Shown here: one piece after another, positions 44,042 through 54,658 of the stretch
How positions within the stretch are numbered: position 1 is the first letter of the stretch
How the letters are laid out: the number at the start of each line of letters is the position of its first letter
IMG/VR virus record: IMGVR_UViG_3300032267_001204
Coordinates: 8,314 to 72,313 of that record
Length of the DNA stretch: 64,000 nucleotides
Strand: one strand, 5' to 3'
Source of the DNA: a virus
The notes under the pieces: generated by a model
Database searches by the model: none
The model's input: only the letters and a program-made list of their open reading frames with translations
Told to the model about the DNA's origin: nothing
Position numbers and translations under genes: made by a program

Positions 44042-45544
44042 TCAAGTTCCTGTGGTTCTGAATCCGGATCCAGTCCATTGACGCCCCGTTGTAAGTGGCT
44101 GCGGAACCCAGCCGCCCATGCTGGGCATCCAGTTAGACGATTGATACCCGCCGGCCGTGGTCGCTGCGTTTAGCGAGTTGCGGTTGCTAAACGTATTAAC
44201 CCCATTCATGGGCTGGCCGGTGTTGAACATTCCCGAGACAGTGTTCCAAAGCGAATTCGCGTTGTTCGTTGACGCGTTACTTTGGACCGGCGCGTACGAA
44301 GCACTCCCGCTGGAACCGAAGCCCATGCCTCCTGCGGCCGCGCCTCCAAGAGCGCCGCCGATGGACGCGCCTGCCATCGTGCCCACTCCAGGAGCTATAA
44401 AGGTTCCGGCAATCGCTCCAGCGGCAGTCGTCAGTCCGGTGATTAAGCTGCCCCACCCCGCGTTACTGTCCCGCACTTCTTGAAGCTGATTCTGCCACGC
44501 GGTCGAGTTGATCGCTTGGCGCTGGTTGCCGTAATCCTGAAGCGCCGCGCCCATGACTGCCGCGGAAGTCCGATACGCCGCACCTAGCAAGTTAGCCGAG
44601 TTATCGGACGTTGCCGTGCCGCCGGCATACGTCCGGGCATTCATGTCCATCCCGCTGTTGAAGATGTCTCGGTACGCACCAGTTCTCGTGCCCAGCGCCG
44701 TGTTAAGCCCCGCCAGTTTGCTGTTTGCTAAAGCAGATTGTGCGCCAAGCAAACCAACGTTGTTGGCTTGGTTGATGTTCATCACGTCGCTGGCTTTCAC
44801 GCCGAGCGTGTCCGCCACTTGGCCGGAGGTCACCTGCAACCCGTTGATCTGAGTGTCAAAAATAGACTTCGCCCAGTTCTGCGCGCTTTGATCGGCCTTC
44901 GCCATAAGGTCGAGCGACGTCAAGCCGAGGTTACGCGCCTGACTCGCTTGGCCCATCGACGAGGTCGCTCCGTAGCCGCCTTGGAGCGCGGCGTATGCTG
45001 AGTTCCTCTGGGTCGCGGCCATCACGTCGGCGGGCATCCGCCCCGAAAGCATATCGAGGTTGTTTCGTCCGGCCTGTTGTTGCTGGGCAATTTGGAAAGG
45101 ATTGACGTCCGCGATGAGCTGCTGCCGCGTGTTAAACGCCGACTGAGTCAGCGCATCGGCGAATCGAATGAAGTTATCCTCGTTCGCCAGCATGTAATCG
45201 GTCGCCTCTTGCGCCGACCGCGTGGCAAGACCTTCCGACCGCTCGCCGTAATCTTTGATGTCTTGGCCGAGCTGGCTGTAAATTGGATTGGCCGCGCTGT
45301 TGTACTGGGACAGCGCAGCCTCCGTACGATCCAAAAATGTGTCGCTTAGCGTCCCGAAACTACTGTTGTAGCCTGCCGCGTAGGTTCTCTCGCGATCGAT
45401 AGCCGCCTGAGCCGCCTGTTGGGCTAATCGGCGATTCGCCGCATCGTTTTCACGCTGATATTGAAGAGTCTTTTCAGCGATTTCGTTTGCCTTTCTCTCG
45501 CGCTTCGAGTTGATGCCGCTGGTGGATTTTCCGCCCATGCTCAT
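44042..45544 (-). CDS. Putative DNA ejection/pilot protein
   Basis: A/Q/N/G-rich with a C-terminal glycine zipper (AAGAIAGTFIAPGVGTMAGASIGGALGG). Confidence 0.65.
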   Translation of the reverse strand: MSMGGKSTSGINSKRERKANEIAEKTLQYQRENDAANRRLAQQAAQAAIDRERTYAAGYNSSFGTLSDTFLDRTEAALSQYNSAANPIYSQLGQDIKDYGERSEGLATRSAQEATDYMLANEDNFIRFADALTQSAFNTRQQLIADVNPFQIAQQQQAGRNNLDMLSGRMPADVMAATQRNSAYAALQGGYGATSSMGQASQARNLGLTSLDLMAKADQSAQNWAKSIFDTQINGLQVTSGQVADTLGVKASDVMNINQANNVGLLGAQSALANSKLAGLNTALGTRTGAYRDIFNSGMDMNARTYAGGTATSDNSANLLGAAYRTSAAVMGAALQDYGNQRQAINSTAWQNQLQEVRDSNAGWGSLITGLTTAAGAIAGTFIAPGVGTMAGASIGGALGGAAAGGMGFGSSGSASYAPVQSNASTNNANSLWNTVSGMFNTGQPMNGVNTFSNRNSLNAATTAGGYQSSNWMPSMGGWVPQPLTTGRQWTGSGFRTTGT

Positions 45545-46014
45545 GCGGCCTCCTTTCCGATCCACTCAATTGGATCGTCATTCGCGGTGAAGAATTTCCA
45601 CATTTCAAGGCTCGACTCCCGGGCGGCTTCGGGGCCTCGAAGGATCAATACGATCATCGGAGCCATCAGGAGATGGACGTCCCGGAGCGTCAACGCATAG
45701 GCGCGACCCCTCGGTCCTTCGCGCTCCAGCTCCACCGAATCCCGCCAAGCGATAACGGCTTGGAAAATAAGCGGCATCAGCTTCGCTTTATGCGCGTTGA
45801 AAAACTCGTTGGTCGGCAGCTCGACCAAAGCACCCCAGAAGGTCATGTCGATTTCTTCACGGGGCGGCAGTTCGTCTCCATCGACAAGGGCGTCCCAGAG
45901 TTCGGAGATGGCGCCAAGCGTTGTGATGAAAGCGAGCGCGCTTCGGTCTCCGCCAAACCATTCAAGCAGTTTGGCGTCCCGGTCGTCTCTCCATTCAAGT
46001 GAATCGTAGATCAT
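45541..46014 (-). CDS. Helical phage protein of unknown function
   Basis: WDALVDGD and LPTNEFF; has its own upstream -10 box. Confidence 0.7.
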   Translation of the reverse strand: MIYDSLEWRDDRDAKLLEWFGGDRSALAFITTLGAISELWDALVDGDELPPREEIDMTFWGALVELPTNEFFNAHKAKLMPLIFQAVIAWRDSVELEREGPRGRAYALTLRDVHLLMAPMIVLILRGPEAARESSLEMWKFFTANDDPIEWIGKEAA

Positions 46015-46027
46015 GGGTTAACAGGTT

Positions 46028-46036
46028 ATTATATCA
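46028..46036 (-). promoter_or_regulatory. Extended -10 promoter element
   Basis: TGATATAAT on the minus strand, ending 13 nt before the ATG at 46014. Confidence 0.55.
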
Positions 46037-49000
46037 CCGCATGAAGCGGACTGCACGTCGGATGGGCGGCTGCCCCGTGAAGTTCTGCTGTGCGATCTGA
46101 GTGGCGAGCATTTGGGTGGCCTTTTCCATGTGGGCGGCGATCTGGTCTCCTCCCAGAAGAAACCCTTTGGCAGCCTCGAAGACGGCGGCAAAGTTCCGCA
46201 GATACATCTTCTCGGTATCTGAAGCATGAGGCAAGAAGCGCCGTTTCCCGAGGATACGGACCACAGGGACAGTGTCGGGCAGAGTGATGAAGTATTTCCG
46301 CTTAAGTTTGCCGTCAGCGGGGTCGAGGACCTCGCCGCGATCGACTGCGCCTTGCATCCAAGTGTAGTCGGCCCCGCGATATCCAGGGCCGCCGCGCAGC
46401 CATTCGGAGTACCTATCATGCACGGCGCGGGGGTTGTTATCGAAGGACATGAAAAGGATCGTCTCGATTTCTTGGGGCAGGAAAAACTCGCCCGTCGCGG
46501 TGACGCTGAGCGTGTAAGACTCCACTGTGCCGACCCACTTGCCGGTCAGCATGAGTTGTTCTTCGGCGGTGTTGATCAGCCGCTTGATGGCCGCGTCGGA
46601 GATCCGGTAAGCCTCGGGAAGTTCAAGTCCGGCCCGGCCCCAATGGTAGCCGAAGGTATCGGGCGAAGATGCGGCAAGCTGCTGACGTTTGGCCCGACGA
46701 TCGTCCTCGATCATGGCGACAATGTCGCGCTCGACCAAAGCGAGGGCCGATGCCTTTATGGCTCCAGCGGCGTCGGCATACTTGGAATCTTCATCGCGGC
46801 CATTAACGACTACTACCGATCCGGTCGGGGAGTTGTTCTTGCGCGTCATGGCGGCCGGGACCAAGTAGCTTTCGATCATCAGCTTTTTCTGCTCGTACGT
46901 CACGGCTGGGCGCGAGCCGCTGTAATCTTCGCGGCGTTGGAGGAACGCCTGATGGGAACGAATTTCTGTGACGGCTTGATCGGCCAGCGTCTGCATCCTC
47001 ACGGTGGGGATCTGCAATCCTCCGGCGATTTCGTTGTGGAGGCGCCCGATTTCTCCGGTTGTATCGCGCCGGGCTTCTTCGACGCCGCGAACGAGATTCC
47101 TCTCCACGAGGGCAAAGGCTTCTTGCTTAAAGGCCGCAGCGGCGTCGGCTTGCCCCCGGGAGGTAGCGACATAGGATTCGACGAGCTTCTTGCGGATCTC
47201 ATCGTCGAACGTCAGGGGCGCGGTCGCTTTGTAATCTTCGCGGCGGGCCAAGAAGTTCCAGTGCGCGGTGGCCTCGGTGTTGGCGGTTGTCAGGTAAGCG
47301 TCGATCCGCGCCGTCGGGATTTTCACGCCGTCAGGCAACTCGTTGTGCAGCCGTCCTGCAAAGGTAGCCACAGCGCGACGCGACGCTTCTACCTGAGTCA
47401 TCAGGTCACGTTCGATCAGCTCGAAGGCTTCCTGTTTGAGTTTGGTGGCTACGTCGGGGGCGGCTTGAGCGGTAGCGAGGTAGGACTCGACCAGTTTTTT
47501 ACGGATTTCGAACGTAAAGGTAGCCGGAGCTGTCGCGTTGTAGTCTTCCCGTTTCGCCAGAAAATTGTAGTGAGCGAGGGCTTCTGTCGCGGCCGTAGTC
47601 AAGTAAGTCGTAAGTCTAGCCGTCGGGACTTTCACGCCATCGGGTAACTCGTTGTGTAAACGAGTTTCTTCAGGACTTCCGGCAACGTTACGGCGAGTAG
47701 CCTCTACTTGAGTCATCAGGTCACGCTCGATCAGTTCGAAGGCTTCCTGTTTGAGTTTGGTGGCTACGTCGGGAGCGGCTTGAGCGGTAGCGAGGTAGGA
47801 CTCGACGAGTTTCTTGCGAATCTCAAACGTGAACGTCCCCGGAGCTGTCGCGTTGTAGTCTTCCCGTTTCGCCAGAAAATTGTAGTGAGCGAGGGCTTCC
47901 GTCGCGGCCGTAGACAGGTAAGTCGTAAGTCTAGCCGTCGGGACTTTCACGCCATCGGGTAACTCGTTGTGTAAACGGGTTTCCTCTGGGCTTCCGGCAA
48001 CGTTACGGCGAGTCGCTTCTACTTGAGTCATCAAGTTGCGTTCGATCAGCTCAAACGCCGTCTGCTTCAACTGACTGGCAATATCGGGCGCCCCTTGGGC
48101 AACAGCGATACATGCTTCAACAAGCTTTTTGCGGATCTCAAACGGGAAAGTCGGCGCGGTCGCGTTGTAGTCTTCTCGACGGGCCAAGAAATTGAAGTGA
48201 TCTGTAGCTTCGGTTACCGCCTGGGACAAATACGCGGCAAGGCGGGTAGTCGGGTATTTGAGCCCCTCGGGAAGTTCGTTGTGCAGCTTGGCGACGTCTG
48301 CATCAGCAGTGTACTCGCGCCGGGCTTTTTCGACCTGCGCCATCAAGTTGCGTTCGATTAGAGAAAACGCCTCGGATTTAAGACTCGCGCTCAAATCAAC
48401 GACTTTGTCGTTTCCTGCCGTTGCGGTGCCTCGCGCCGTGGCGAGATACGATTCAACGAGCTTCTTGCGGATTTCAAAAGGGAACGGGTTGGGAAGGGTG
48501 CCGGTGGAGTAGTCCTCGCGGCGGATCAAAAAGTTCCAATGGGCCGTCGCGTCCAAGACAGCTTGGTTCAGATACTCGGTCATGCGGGCGGTCGGCACTT
48601 TGACGCCATCAGGCAGTTCATCGTGCAGTTGCCCAACCTCGCCAAGTTCGTCGCGCCGCTCCGCCTCTACCGCCGCCATCAGATCGCGCTCAATTAACAA
48701 AGTGGCTTCTTGCTTCAGGGCGGTTGCAACGTCAGCTTGTCCGCCAGCGGTTGCGGTATACGCTTCGACGAGTTTCTTCCTGATCTCAAAAGAAAACACC
48801 GTCGGAGCTGTGCGTTTGTAGTCTTCGCGCCGCGAAAAGAATGCCCACTGAGCGCCAGCGTCAGTCGCCGCTTGATCCAGATATGTTTGAAGGCGACTGG
48901 ATTTAATCCGAGTTCCGCCGGGCAATTCATTGTGCAAACGTCCGACTTCGCCGGTAAACCCTTTACGGGCCGCCTCGACCAAAGTTATCACGTTGCGTTG

Positions 49001-49705
49001 GATCAGCTCGAAGGCTTGCGTTTTGATCGCGGCTCCGTCAGCCCCGTTGTCGGCCATCAACAAAGACAGCGTCAAAAGACGGATGACTTCTCCTGGAAGC
49101 GCGGCCGGAAACGAGTCACTGTTAGTGGAAAGCGCGACAAACGTCAGCGGGTCGCGATCAAATTCTTCCGACCGAGCAATAAAGTTATGGTGATCGATCG
49201 CCTGTTGATATGCTTGGTTAATGTAGGACCGAATACGCGCTTCAGGCATCCGATATTTGACGACAGTCTCAAGCCCGACGCGCCCGACCATGCCTCCAAA
49301 AGTGTTTTGGCCGGTAAGAGCCAAAGTCTGAAACGCCGTCTTACGCTCGCGATCCACGTCGGCCGTGATTTTGCGCTCGATGTAAGAATACGCTTTTTGC
49401 TCCAGTGTGGCCGAACGCTCCAAGTCGTTGTTCTCTTCGCGCCACAGCGCAAGGATCATCGACTTAGTGGCGTCGAGGTCGGGCAAAATCAGGCTACCCG
49501 TGGCGGGGTTTCCCGTCGTGCCGCCAGCCTGCCAAGTCAACGCGGCACGATCCGCGTCCTCTTGACGGGAGAAGAAATTGAAATGCTCGATGAGCCGACG
49601 CTGCGCTTCGTCTATTCTTTGATCAATGCGCGTGGTATTGGTCGCCGCTACGCCGTTATCGACGTAAGGCGCAAGCATCGTCCGAGCGTTGAGGTAAGTT
49701 GACAT
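46034..49705 (-). CDS. Head-tail adaptor/tubular-A-like protein with about 10 tandem ~100-aa repeats
   Basis: Repeated RLHNELP...HxNFLxRREDY...FEIRKKLVESY...AFxLIERxL unit. The C-terminal end is adaptor-like (INTAEEQLM..KWVG..LPQEIETI). Function is inferred. Confidence 0.6.
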   Translation of the reverse strand: MSTYLNARTMLAPYVDNGVAATNTTRIDQRIDEAQRRLIEHFNFFSRQEDADRAALTWQAGGTTGNPATGSLILPDLDATKSMILALWREENNDLERSATLEQKAYSYIERKITADVDRERKTAFQTLALTGQNTFGGMVGRVGLETVVKYRMPEARIRSYINQAYQQAIDHHNFIARSEEFDRDPLTFVALSTNSDSFPAALPGEVIRLLTLSLLMADNGADGAAIKTQAFELIQRNVITLVEAARKGFTGEVGRLHNELPGGTRIKSSRLQTYLDQAATDAGAQWAFFSRREDYKRTAPTVFSFEIRKKLVEAYTATAGGQADVATALKQEATLLIERDLMAAVEAERRDELGEVGQLHDELPDGVKVPTARMTEYLNQAVLDATAHWNFLIRREDYSTGTLPNPFPFEIRKKLVESYLATARGTATAGNDKVVDLSASLKSEAFSLIERNLMAQVEKARREYTADADVAKLHNELPEGLKYPTTRLAAYLSQAVTEATDHFNFLARREDYNATAPTFPFEIRKKLVEACIAVAQGAPDIASQLKQTAFELIERNLMTQVEATRRNVAGSPEETRLHNELPDGVKVPTARLTTYLSTAATEALAHYNFLAKREDYNATAPGTFTFEIRKKLVESYLATAQAAPDVATKLKQEAFELIERDLMTQVEATRRNVAGSPEETRLHNELPDGVKVPTARLTTYLTTAATEALAHYNFLAKREDYNATAPATFTFEIRKKLVESYLATAQAAPDVATKLKQEAFELIERDLMTQVEASRRAVATFAGRLHNELPDGVKIPTARIDAYLTTANTEATAHWNFLARREDYKATAPLTFDDEIRKKLVESYVATSRGQADAAAAFKQEAFALVERNLVRGVEEARRDTTGEIGRLHNEIAGGLQIPTVRMQTLADQAVTEIRSHQAFLQRREDYSGSRPAVTYEQKKLMIESYLVPAAMTRKNNSPTGSVVVVNGRDEDSKYADAAGAIKASALALVERDIVAMIEDDRRAKRQQLAASSPDTFGYHWGRAGLELPEAYRISDAAIKRLINTAEEQLMLTGKWVGTVESYTLSVTATGEFFLPQEIETILFMSFDNNPRAVHDRYSEWLRGGPGYRGADYTWMQGAVDRGEVLDPADGKLKRKYFITLPDTVPVVRILGKRRFLPHASDTEKMYLRNFAAVFEAAKGFLLGGDQIAAHMEKATQMLATQIAQQNFTGQPPIRRAVRFMR
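47393..48040. repeat. Near-identical 315-bp tandem repeats within the CDS
   Basis: tgagtcatca recurs near 47394, 47709 and 48024. Confidence 0.85.
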
Positions 49706-50397
49706 TAAGGTTCGCTAAGCTCCTGCGCGGTGATCGCAAGAAAGCCATAAATCGTCGTGTTTCCCGCTCCGGCGGTGCGGAGAACGCCGAGCGTTGCGGC
49801 GCTTGTCGTACTGCCAAGACGGACTCCGTAGGTGATGTTGCCGGTCGTTCCCGGGGTGTCCAAATAATGGATCTGCAAGCTGACCAACGCGTCGGCTAGG
49901 GGCACACGTTGGTAGCTCGCCGCGATCGCCGACGTCACTCCAGACTTTGACAGCATGGCTACTAAGTTGTCGTTGGCTAGGCTGCTGGTCGCGACTGGAA
50001 TAGAGGCCGTCACCAACACTTTGCTCGCCGTACTGCGGACATTCAACGTCACCGCGACAAGATTTGAAGCTGCTCCGGTCGGAAACGCCATCTGGCTCCC
50101 GATGTTGGAAACCTGCACGTTCGTCAGCGTGGTAGGCGTCGTAGACATCGCAGTCTTTGTGTTGCCTTCTAGCGAAGTCCGCCATGCGCCGTTGTCGTAG
50201 ACGTCCAGCGTTTTGTTAGTCGTATCGAACCAAAGAGTTGTTCCGTCTTGCGACCCTGTCATTGAAGCTCCGGAATACAGAGTCCGTGTTGCGGTCGGCG
50301 CATACAAAGCGTTGGCGAAGCGCACCAACAGATCTTGCGCGCTGGCGGGATACTTGATGTCGGTCAAAGTGCCGGGAGTAAGAGTGAGTGCAGACAT
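49705..50397 (-). CDS. Short tail fibre/structural protein
   Basis: LWFDTTNKTLDVYDNGAW motif; Thr/Ser-rich beta domain. Confidence 0.65.
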   Translation of the reverse strand: MSALTLTPGTLTDIKYPASAQDLLVRFANALYAPTATRTLYSGASMTGSQDGTTLWFDTTNKTLDVYDNGAWRTSLEGNTKTAMSTTPTTLTNVQVSNIGSQMAFPTGAASNLVAVTLNVRSTASKVLVTASIPVATSSLANDNLVAMLSKSGVTSAIAASYQRVPLADALVSLQIHYLDTPGTTGNITYGVRLGSTTSAATLGVLRTAGAGNTTIYGFLAITAQELSEP

Positions 50398-50400
50398 AAA

Positions 50401-52299
50401 TTATCGTTTGTTCAAATAGGGTCCAAGGGCCAGTTCTTCGGGCAGCGGCGTGGCTGGTCGCCGCGTGGAGATAATATACGCCTTTGTGCTCGTGCAGGGA
50501 ACTAGGAAGACCCTACCGTCGGGCAATAAAACCCCGCCGGAGAACAATCCGTTTCCGGGGGCGAAGGTGTTAGCAAAGTCACCGGTCGCTGAAATATTAG
50601 CCTGTAGCCCCGGAATAGGGATGGCTATCGCGTCTTGCGGGCTACTTGATTGAGTATCTTGAGAGTCAAAGAGCAACACCGACGGAGTATGCGACGCGCC
50701 CCAATAACCCGGAACCGCTACGACGTAGCCGTCCGCCATGCGTACAAGCCCCGAAACCCGATACCCTTGAACCGTGCCTCCGGTCGGCATTGGCGTCTTA
50801 GCGACCGCCGCGCTCGTGTTGCCATTAACAAGGAAGTGACCGTTGGTCTGGTTAACTGTTATAAGCCGCGTTGCCGAGCCTGCGCTATTTACCGCAAGCG
50901 TAGGATAATCCGTGTTCCCCGATGCCCACGCGCTGGCGGTCGTGTCTTCCGATGAAGCAACGAAAGTCAATGTGCCAAATGCGACATCCGTGCTTGCGTT
51001 GAACCCCGCACCGTAACCAGAAGAGCGGTCAGCCGAGCTTGAAACTGTCATGTTTCCGGTCGAATCGATAAGATACGGCTTTCCCGAGGCGTGGGGAACT
51101 GCAACCGCTACTCGATTGCCGCTTTTTATCTTGTCTGAACCCAGAGCGACGATACCGCCAAATGCTCGGTTAGGCAGCCCACTCACAGTATTTCCGTAGG
51201 TGCATACGCCGGTCTGAACATTGTAAACCAATGCTTTTTTAGCAAAGAAAGGCGCGCAAACGACGACGGGGCCGTCGCTAAACGCGGGGCTGCCGGCTCC
51301 ACTGCGGCCTCCGTTGACGCCTCCAACGCTCGGCGGCGCGCTCAAAAGAACGCCTCCAGAATACCCCGCATAATAGGGCGCCGTAAACGGCAGCACTCCT
51401 CCGGGCCACGCTACATTGGTCAGCGTGTCTTTAACTGGATCGTAGATTGCCGGTTGCGCGTTGTAAGGCACGAGAAACACTTTGCCGTCCGGCAAAAGAA
51501 CCCCGCCGGAATACGCGCCACCCTTCATGTTATCGCTTGTCGTCCCCGGTCTTGTCCATGCAGGGAAAACAGGCGCACACTCTTGTACGCTTAAAAACCA
51601 ATCGCAGTACCTGTTGTAAATTTCGTGGTTCCGCAAAGTCGCCGCGAGAACGTAATTGGTATCTGACGTCTCTGTCGCTTTGTTGGCTTGCGCGGGCCAC
51701 GTTTTAGGCCCAGTTGGAAGGCCAAGGAAAGTAGACCAAGGATTGATGGGCCGCGTCTCTCCGCGCACGCCGCTCGCAGTATAAATCGAACCAACGTCTT
51801 TAGAGATCGCAAGTTGGCTTACTGCGCCTACCTGCAACGCTCCAGCATCCACCGAGAGGTCCTGAAGCTGAGCCGCGCCGACTGAATTGTCGGTCAAATG
51901 TTCTTGAAGAATTGTACTCGTCGCGATCTTTGCGCCGGTCACCGCTCGGCTTTTGATGTGGTTGGTGGACACCGCTCGGTCATTGTCGGTGCTCGCGCTG
52001 TTCTGCAACTCGCTCCCAGTAACCGCGTTGTCCGCGATTTGCGTCGGCCCGACCGAGGACGCAGGAAGAAGACTGGACAGTTCCACGTCGTACATGGTCG
52101 TCCCCCGGCGCACCAGCAATCGATCGGTATTGGCCGTCGCTCCGGACAATACGCTCTTAGCCGACAGAACTTTATTTTCGATGACCAAAACAGCGGCTTT
52201 TTTTGTTACCCCGCCTTGGTTGACGACCACGAGGTCGCTATCACTCACCGCCGTAGCAGCTTGCAGATTCGGCACAGTTGTGTTGGCGGTGTAAGACAT
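50401..52299 (-). CDS. Tail fibre/spike with propeller-like repeats
   Basis: IADNAVT-type shaft repeats; SGGVLLPDG(K/R)VFLVP repeated. Confidence 0.7.
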   Translation of the reverse strand: MSYTANTTVPNLQAATAVSDSDLVVVNQGGVTKKAAVLVIENKVLSAKSVLSGATANTDRLLVRRGTTMYDVELSSLLPASSVGPTQIADNAVTGSELQNSASTDNDRAVSTNHIKSRAVTGAKIATSTILQEHLTDNSVGAAQLQDLSVDAGALQVGAVSQLAISKDVGSIYTASGVRGETRPINPWSTFLGLPTGPKTWPAQANKATETSDTNYVLAATLRNHEIYNRYCDWFLSVQECAPVFPAWTRPGTTSDNMKGGAYSGGVLLPDGKVFLVPYNAQPAIYDPVKDTLTNVAWPGGVLPFTAPYYAGYSGGVLLSAPPSVGGVNGGRSGAGSPAFSDGPVVVCAPFFAKKALVYNVQTGVCTYGNTVSGLPNRAFGGIVALGSDKIKSGNRVAVAVPHASGKPYLIDSTGNMTVSSSADRSSGYGAGFNASTDVAFGTLTFVASSEDTTASAWASGNTDYPTLAVNSAGSATRLITVNQTNGHFLVNGNTSAAVAKTPMPTGGTVQGYRVSGLVRMADGYVVAVPGYWGASHTPSVLLFDSQDTQSSSPQDAIAIPIPGLQANISATGDFANTFAPGNGLFSGGVLLPDGRVFLVPCTSTKAYIISTRRPATPLPEELALGPYLNKR

Positions 52300-52574
52300 T
52301 AGAACAAGAATAACTTATAGTCATCTGCCGTTCCGGCAACTCCGTCGGTGTTGGAAACCAACAAGAAGTGACCGCCCTCGATGAGCAAAAAATAAAGTAG
52401 CGCCCCAGGGGCTTCCTGCGGGGCTTCGTAGAAAGTCTGGTCGAGCAACAAGTCGCCGGTAACTGACAACGCGGTGCAGCCGGTCGGCGGCGTCGAGTCG
52501 GTGTATCCCGCGCCCGCGTAGTAGTTATCCGGCCCTTGAGTCGGCCCACTGGCGATCAGAGTCGTGCAGCTCAT
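52299..52574 (-). CDS. Small structural protein
   Basis: Start and stop overlap both neighbours. Confidence 0.55.
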   Translation of the reverse strand: MSCTTLIASGPTQGPDNYYAGAGYTDSTPPTGCTALSVTGDLLLDQTFYEAPQEAPGALLYFLLIEGGHFLLVSNTDGVAGTADDYKLFLF

Positions 52575-54652
52575 TGCGCTCCTCCCACCGCTTCGGTTTG
52601 TTTCAAGCTGTGCATGAGAACCCGCGTCAACCGAGCGCGGCCTTTCCACTCGATCTTCAGGAGAAACTCATAGCCGAGGTACGCCGGAACCGCCGTGGCG
52701 GGGTTCGCGTCCAACGGAGGAATGGGCGACCGCTGCTGCGGCACGTAGCCCCGAGCCAGATACGGAACCGCCGTTCCGTTCGGTAATTCGGCAGTTAGCG
52801 CGGTCTCTGTGTGAAAGCACTTGGTAAAGGTGAACCACGAAATCCACTCCGGAGCGTTGTCCGGCCGATACCACACTTGAGCCTCAAAGTCGTGATCTGG
52901 TCCGCCGCCGAGGTCATCAAACCAGACGTCGCAGCGAAGCAGCTTTTTCAGCGACATCAGCTCCTCGAACTGAAAAGCCTTCGGCACGATAGAAGCGACG
53001 ATGCGCTGCTCGCTGACCCCAATGTCGTTCTCTTCGTCGCGGGTTAGCTCCCAGAGCTGGAGCTGGCCGCCGGAAGCACTATTAGCGTTGACGAAGCAAA
53101 TAGCGAACGCCCGTTGCACGGCGTCAAAGTTGCCGCTCAGAAGTTGCAGGGTCGGCAACCCCGTCCAGACTCCGTCGTAGGTTGCCGCCGATTTCCCTGC
53201 GTTGACTGCCGTGCTGCGAAAGTCCAAGGCAACAATCCCATTGTAGACGACGGGCGTCGGTATCGAGGTCACTAACGCAGCAGCATTGTTGAGCGTCCCC
53301 TCCCCCGCGACCGCTTTCTTGCGGCCTTCCGGCCAGCACGTCATCAAAAGCCGATCGTCAAAATAGGCAAAGGAAACTCCGTCGAGCATCCATAGCGTGT
53401 CCCGGGTCAGGATTGGATCAATCTCTGCCGACATGGGCGTCTGGCCGAAGCTGTCGAATTCAGCCCGTGCGCTGCGGTAGGTGCGAATGCCGTTGCCCTC
53501 TGCGCTGCGGAAAAAGATGTCGCCGTTCACAACTTGGACAGATCGACTAGCGGCTCCGATATCCAAAAACAACACGCGCTGGAAACCTCTAGTGATCTTC
53601 CAGTCAATGCGGGGCGCCGACACCGCAAACGAAGCAGCACCGCGCTCGCAAAACGCTACGAGATCTCCCTGCCCTGTCGCGTCATCTTGAATCGGCACGA
53701 AGGCCAAGCTCTTCACCCGCCCCATCTGGCTGGGCAGCGCAAACGAGCCGCCTTCCGCCAGGAACCCATGCTCGGAAAAGCGCAACAGGTCGGCCGCTTC
53801 GCCTTGGGCGAAACGAACCGCAACCCCGCCGACGCCCTCGGACGCCACCGCCCCCGGCACAACAAACTTGGTAGTCGAAAGGACGTCGCTGACTACGTAG
53901 CTCCCGTTGATCATGGGGACGCTGCTGTGGCCGCTAATCGTGATGGCGTCGCCAATAACAAAGTTGTGTTCTGCCTTTGTGGTAAAGACAGTGGGAAATC
54001 CCTCCGCGCTGGAGTCGATGTCCACGTATTGTGTGCTGCCGCCGTAGATCAAATCGCCGGCCATGATTTCCCTGCCGCCATTGACCGCTACAAAAAGCCG
54101 CCCTTGCCCGAAAGCCATCTGCTTGCCGGTCGGAATGGTCGGATTTCCATACGCTGAAGCCCGACGCACTTGCACGCCGTCGTAGACGAGAGGCTCCCCA
54201 ACGCCATCCTGGATAATGACGAAGCGATCCGCTTGACAGAGATACACGTCGGTAGTCTGGACGAAGCGATCAGTGAGGCCCCAAATTGGACGACACGAGC
54301 GATTTCTCAGGGTAATGGCAAACAAGCGGCCATCGACCGCGATTAGGATTTGGCTTGGCGCGTCATCCCGGGGGTCTTCATAGATAAACGCCCCTTGGAA
54401 AACCAACCCCGCTTGGACATAGACTGTGAAGTAATCCGACGACCGCTCTCCCGCGACTCCGTCGTCAGTGCGCCAAAACGAGCTTGGGATCTGCCGAAAC
54501 CCGGGACGAGTGCGGGGGCCGCCGCCGCCCCGGAACGTGCAGTTAACGGCATAGGCCGCTGCTCGCGGGTCAATCTGAGACGGATCGCGGCTTCCGTCCA
54601 TGCCAAGCATACCTCGGAAGCCATCAACCAGTCTTTCCTGGTCGATAATCAT
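52571..54652 (-). CDS. Tail tubular B/stabilisation (nozzle)-like protein
   Basis: 693 aa, beta-rich; GMDG, AVNCTFRGG..RTRPG and MAFGQGRLFV. Located after the capsid gene. Confidence 0.65.
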   Translation of the reverse strand: MIIDQERLVDGFRGMLGMDGSRDPSQIDPRAAAYAVNCTFRGGGGPRTRPGFRQIPSSFWRTDDGVAGERSSDYFTVYVQAGLVFQGAFIYEDPRDDAPSQILIAVDGRLFAITLRNRSCRPIWGLTDRFVQTTDVYLCQADRFVIIQDGVGEPLVYDGVQVRRASAYGNPTIPTGKQMAFGQGRLFVAVNGGREIMAGDLIYGGSTQYVDIDSSAEGFPTVFTTKAEHNFVIGDAITISGHSSVPMINGSYVVSDVLSTTKFVVPGAVASEGVGGVAVRFAQGEAADLLRFSEHGFLAEGGSFALPSQMGRVKSLAFVPIQDDATGQGDLVAFCERGAASFAVSAPRIDWKITRGFQRVLFLDIGAASRSVQVVNGDIFFRSAEGNGIRTYRSARAEFDSFGQTPMSAEIDPILTRDTLWMLDGVSFAYFDDRLLMTCWPEGRKKAVAGEGTLNNAAALVTSIPTPVVYNGIVALDFRSTAVNAGKSAATYDGVWTGLPTLQLLSGNFDAVQRAFAICFVNANSASGGQLQLWELTRDEENDIGVSEQRIVASIVPKAFQFEELMSLKKLLRCDVWFDDLGGGPDHDFEAQVWYRPDNAPEWISWFTFTKCFHTETALTAELPNGTAVPYLARGYVPQQRSPIPPLDANPATAVPAYLGYEFLLKIEWKGRARLTRVLMHSLKQTEAVGGAQ

Positions 54653-54658
54653 CCGGCG

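Noticed and set aside
46226-47647. 473-aa plus-strand ORF and similar neighbours
   Set aside because: Antisense shadows of the repeat protein.
47393-48040. 315-bp repeats as a DGR template/variable pair
   Set aside because: They are tandem in-frame coding repeats, the differences are not adenine-specific, and no reverse transcriptase is in the window.
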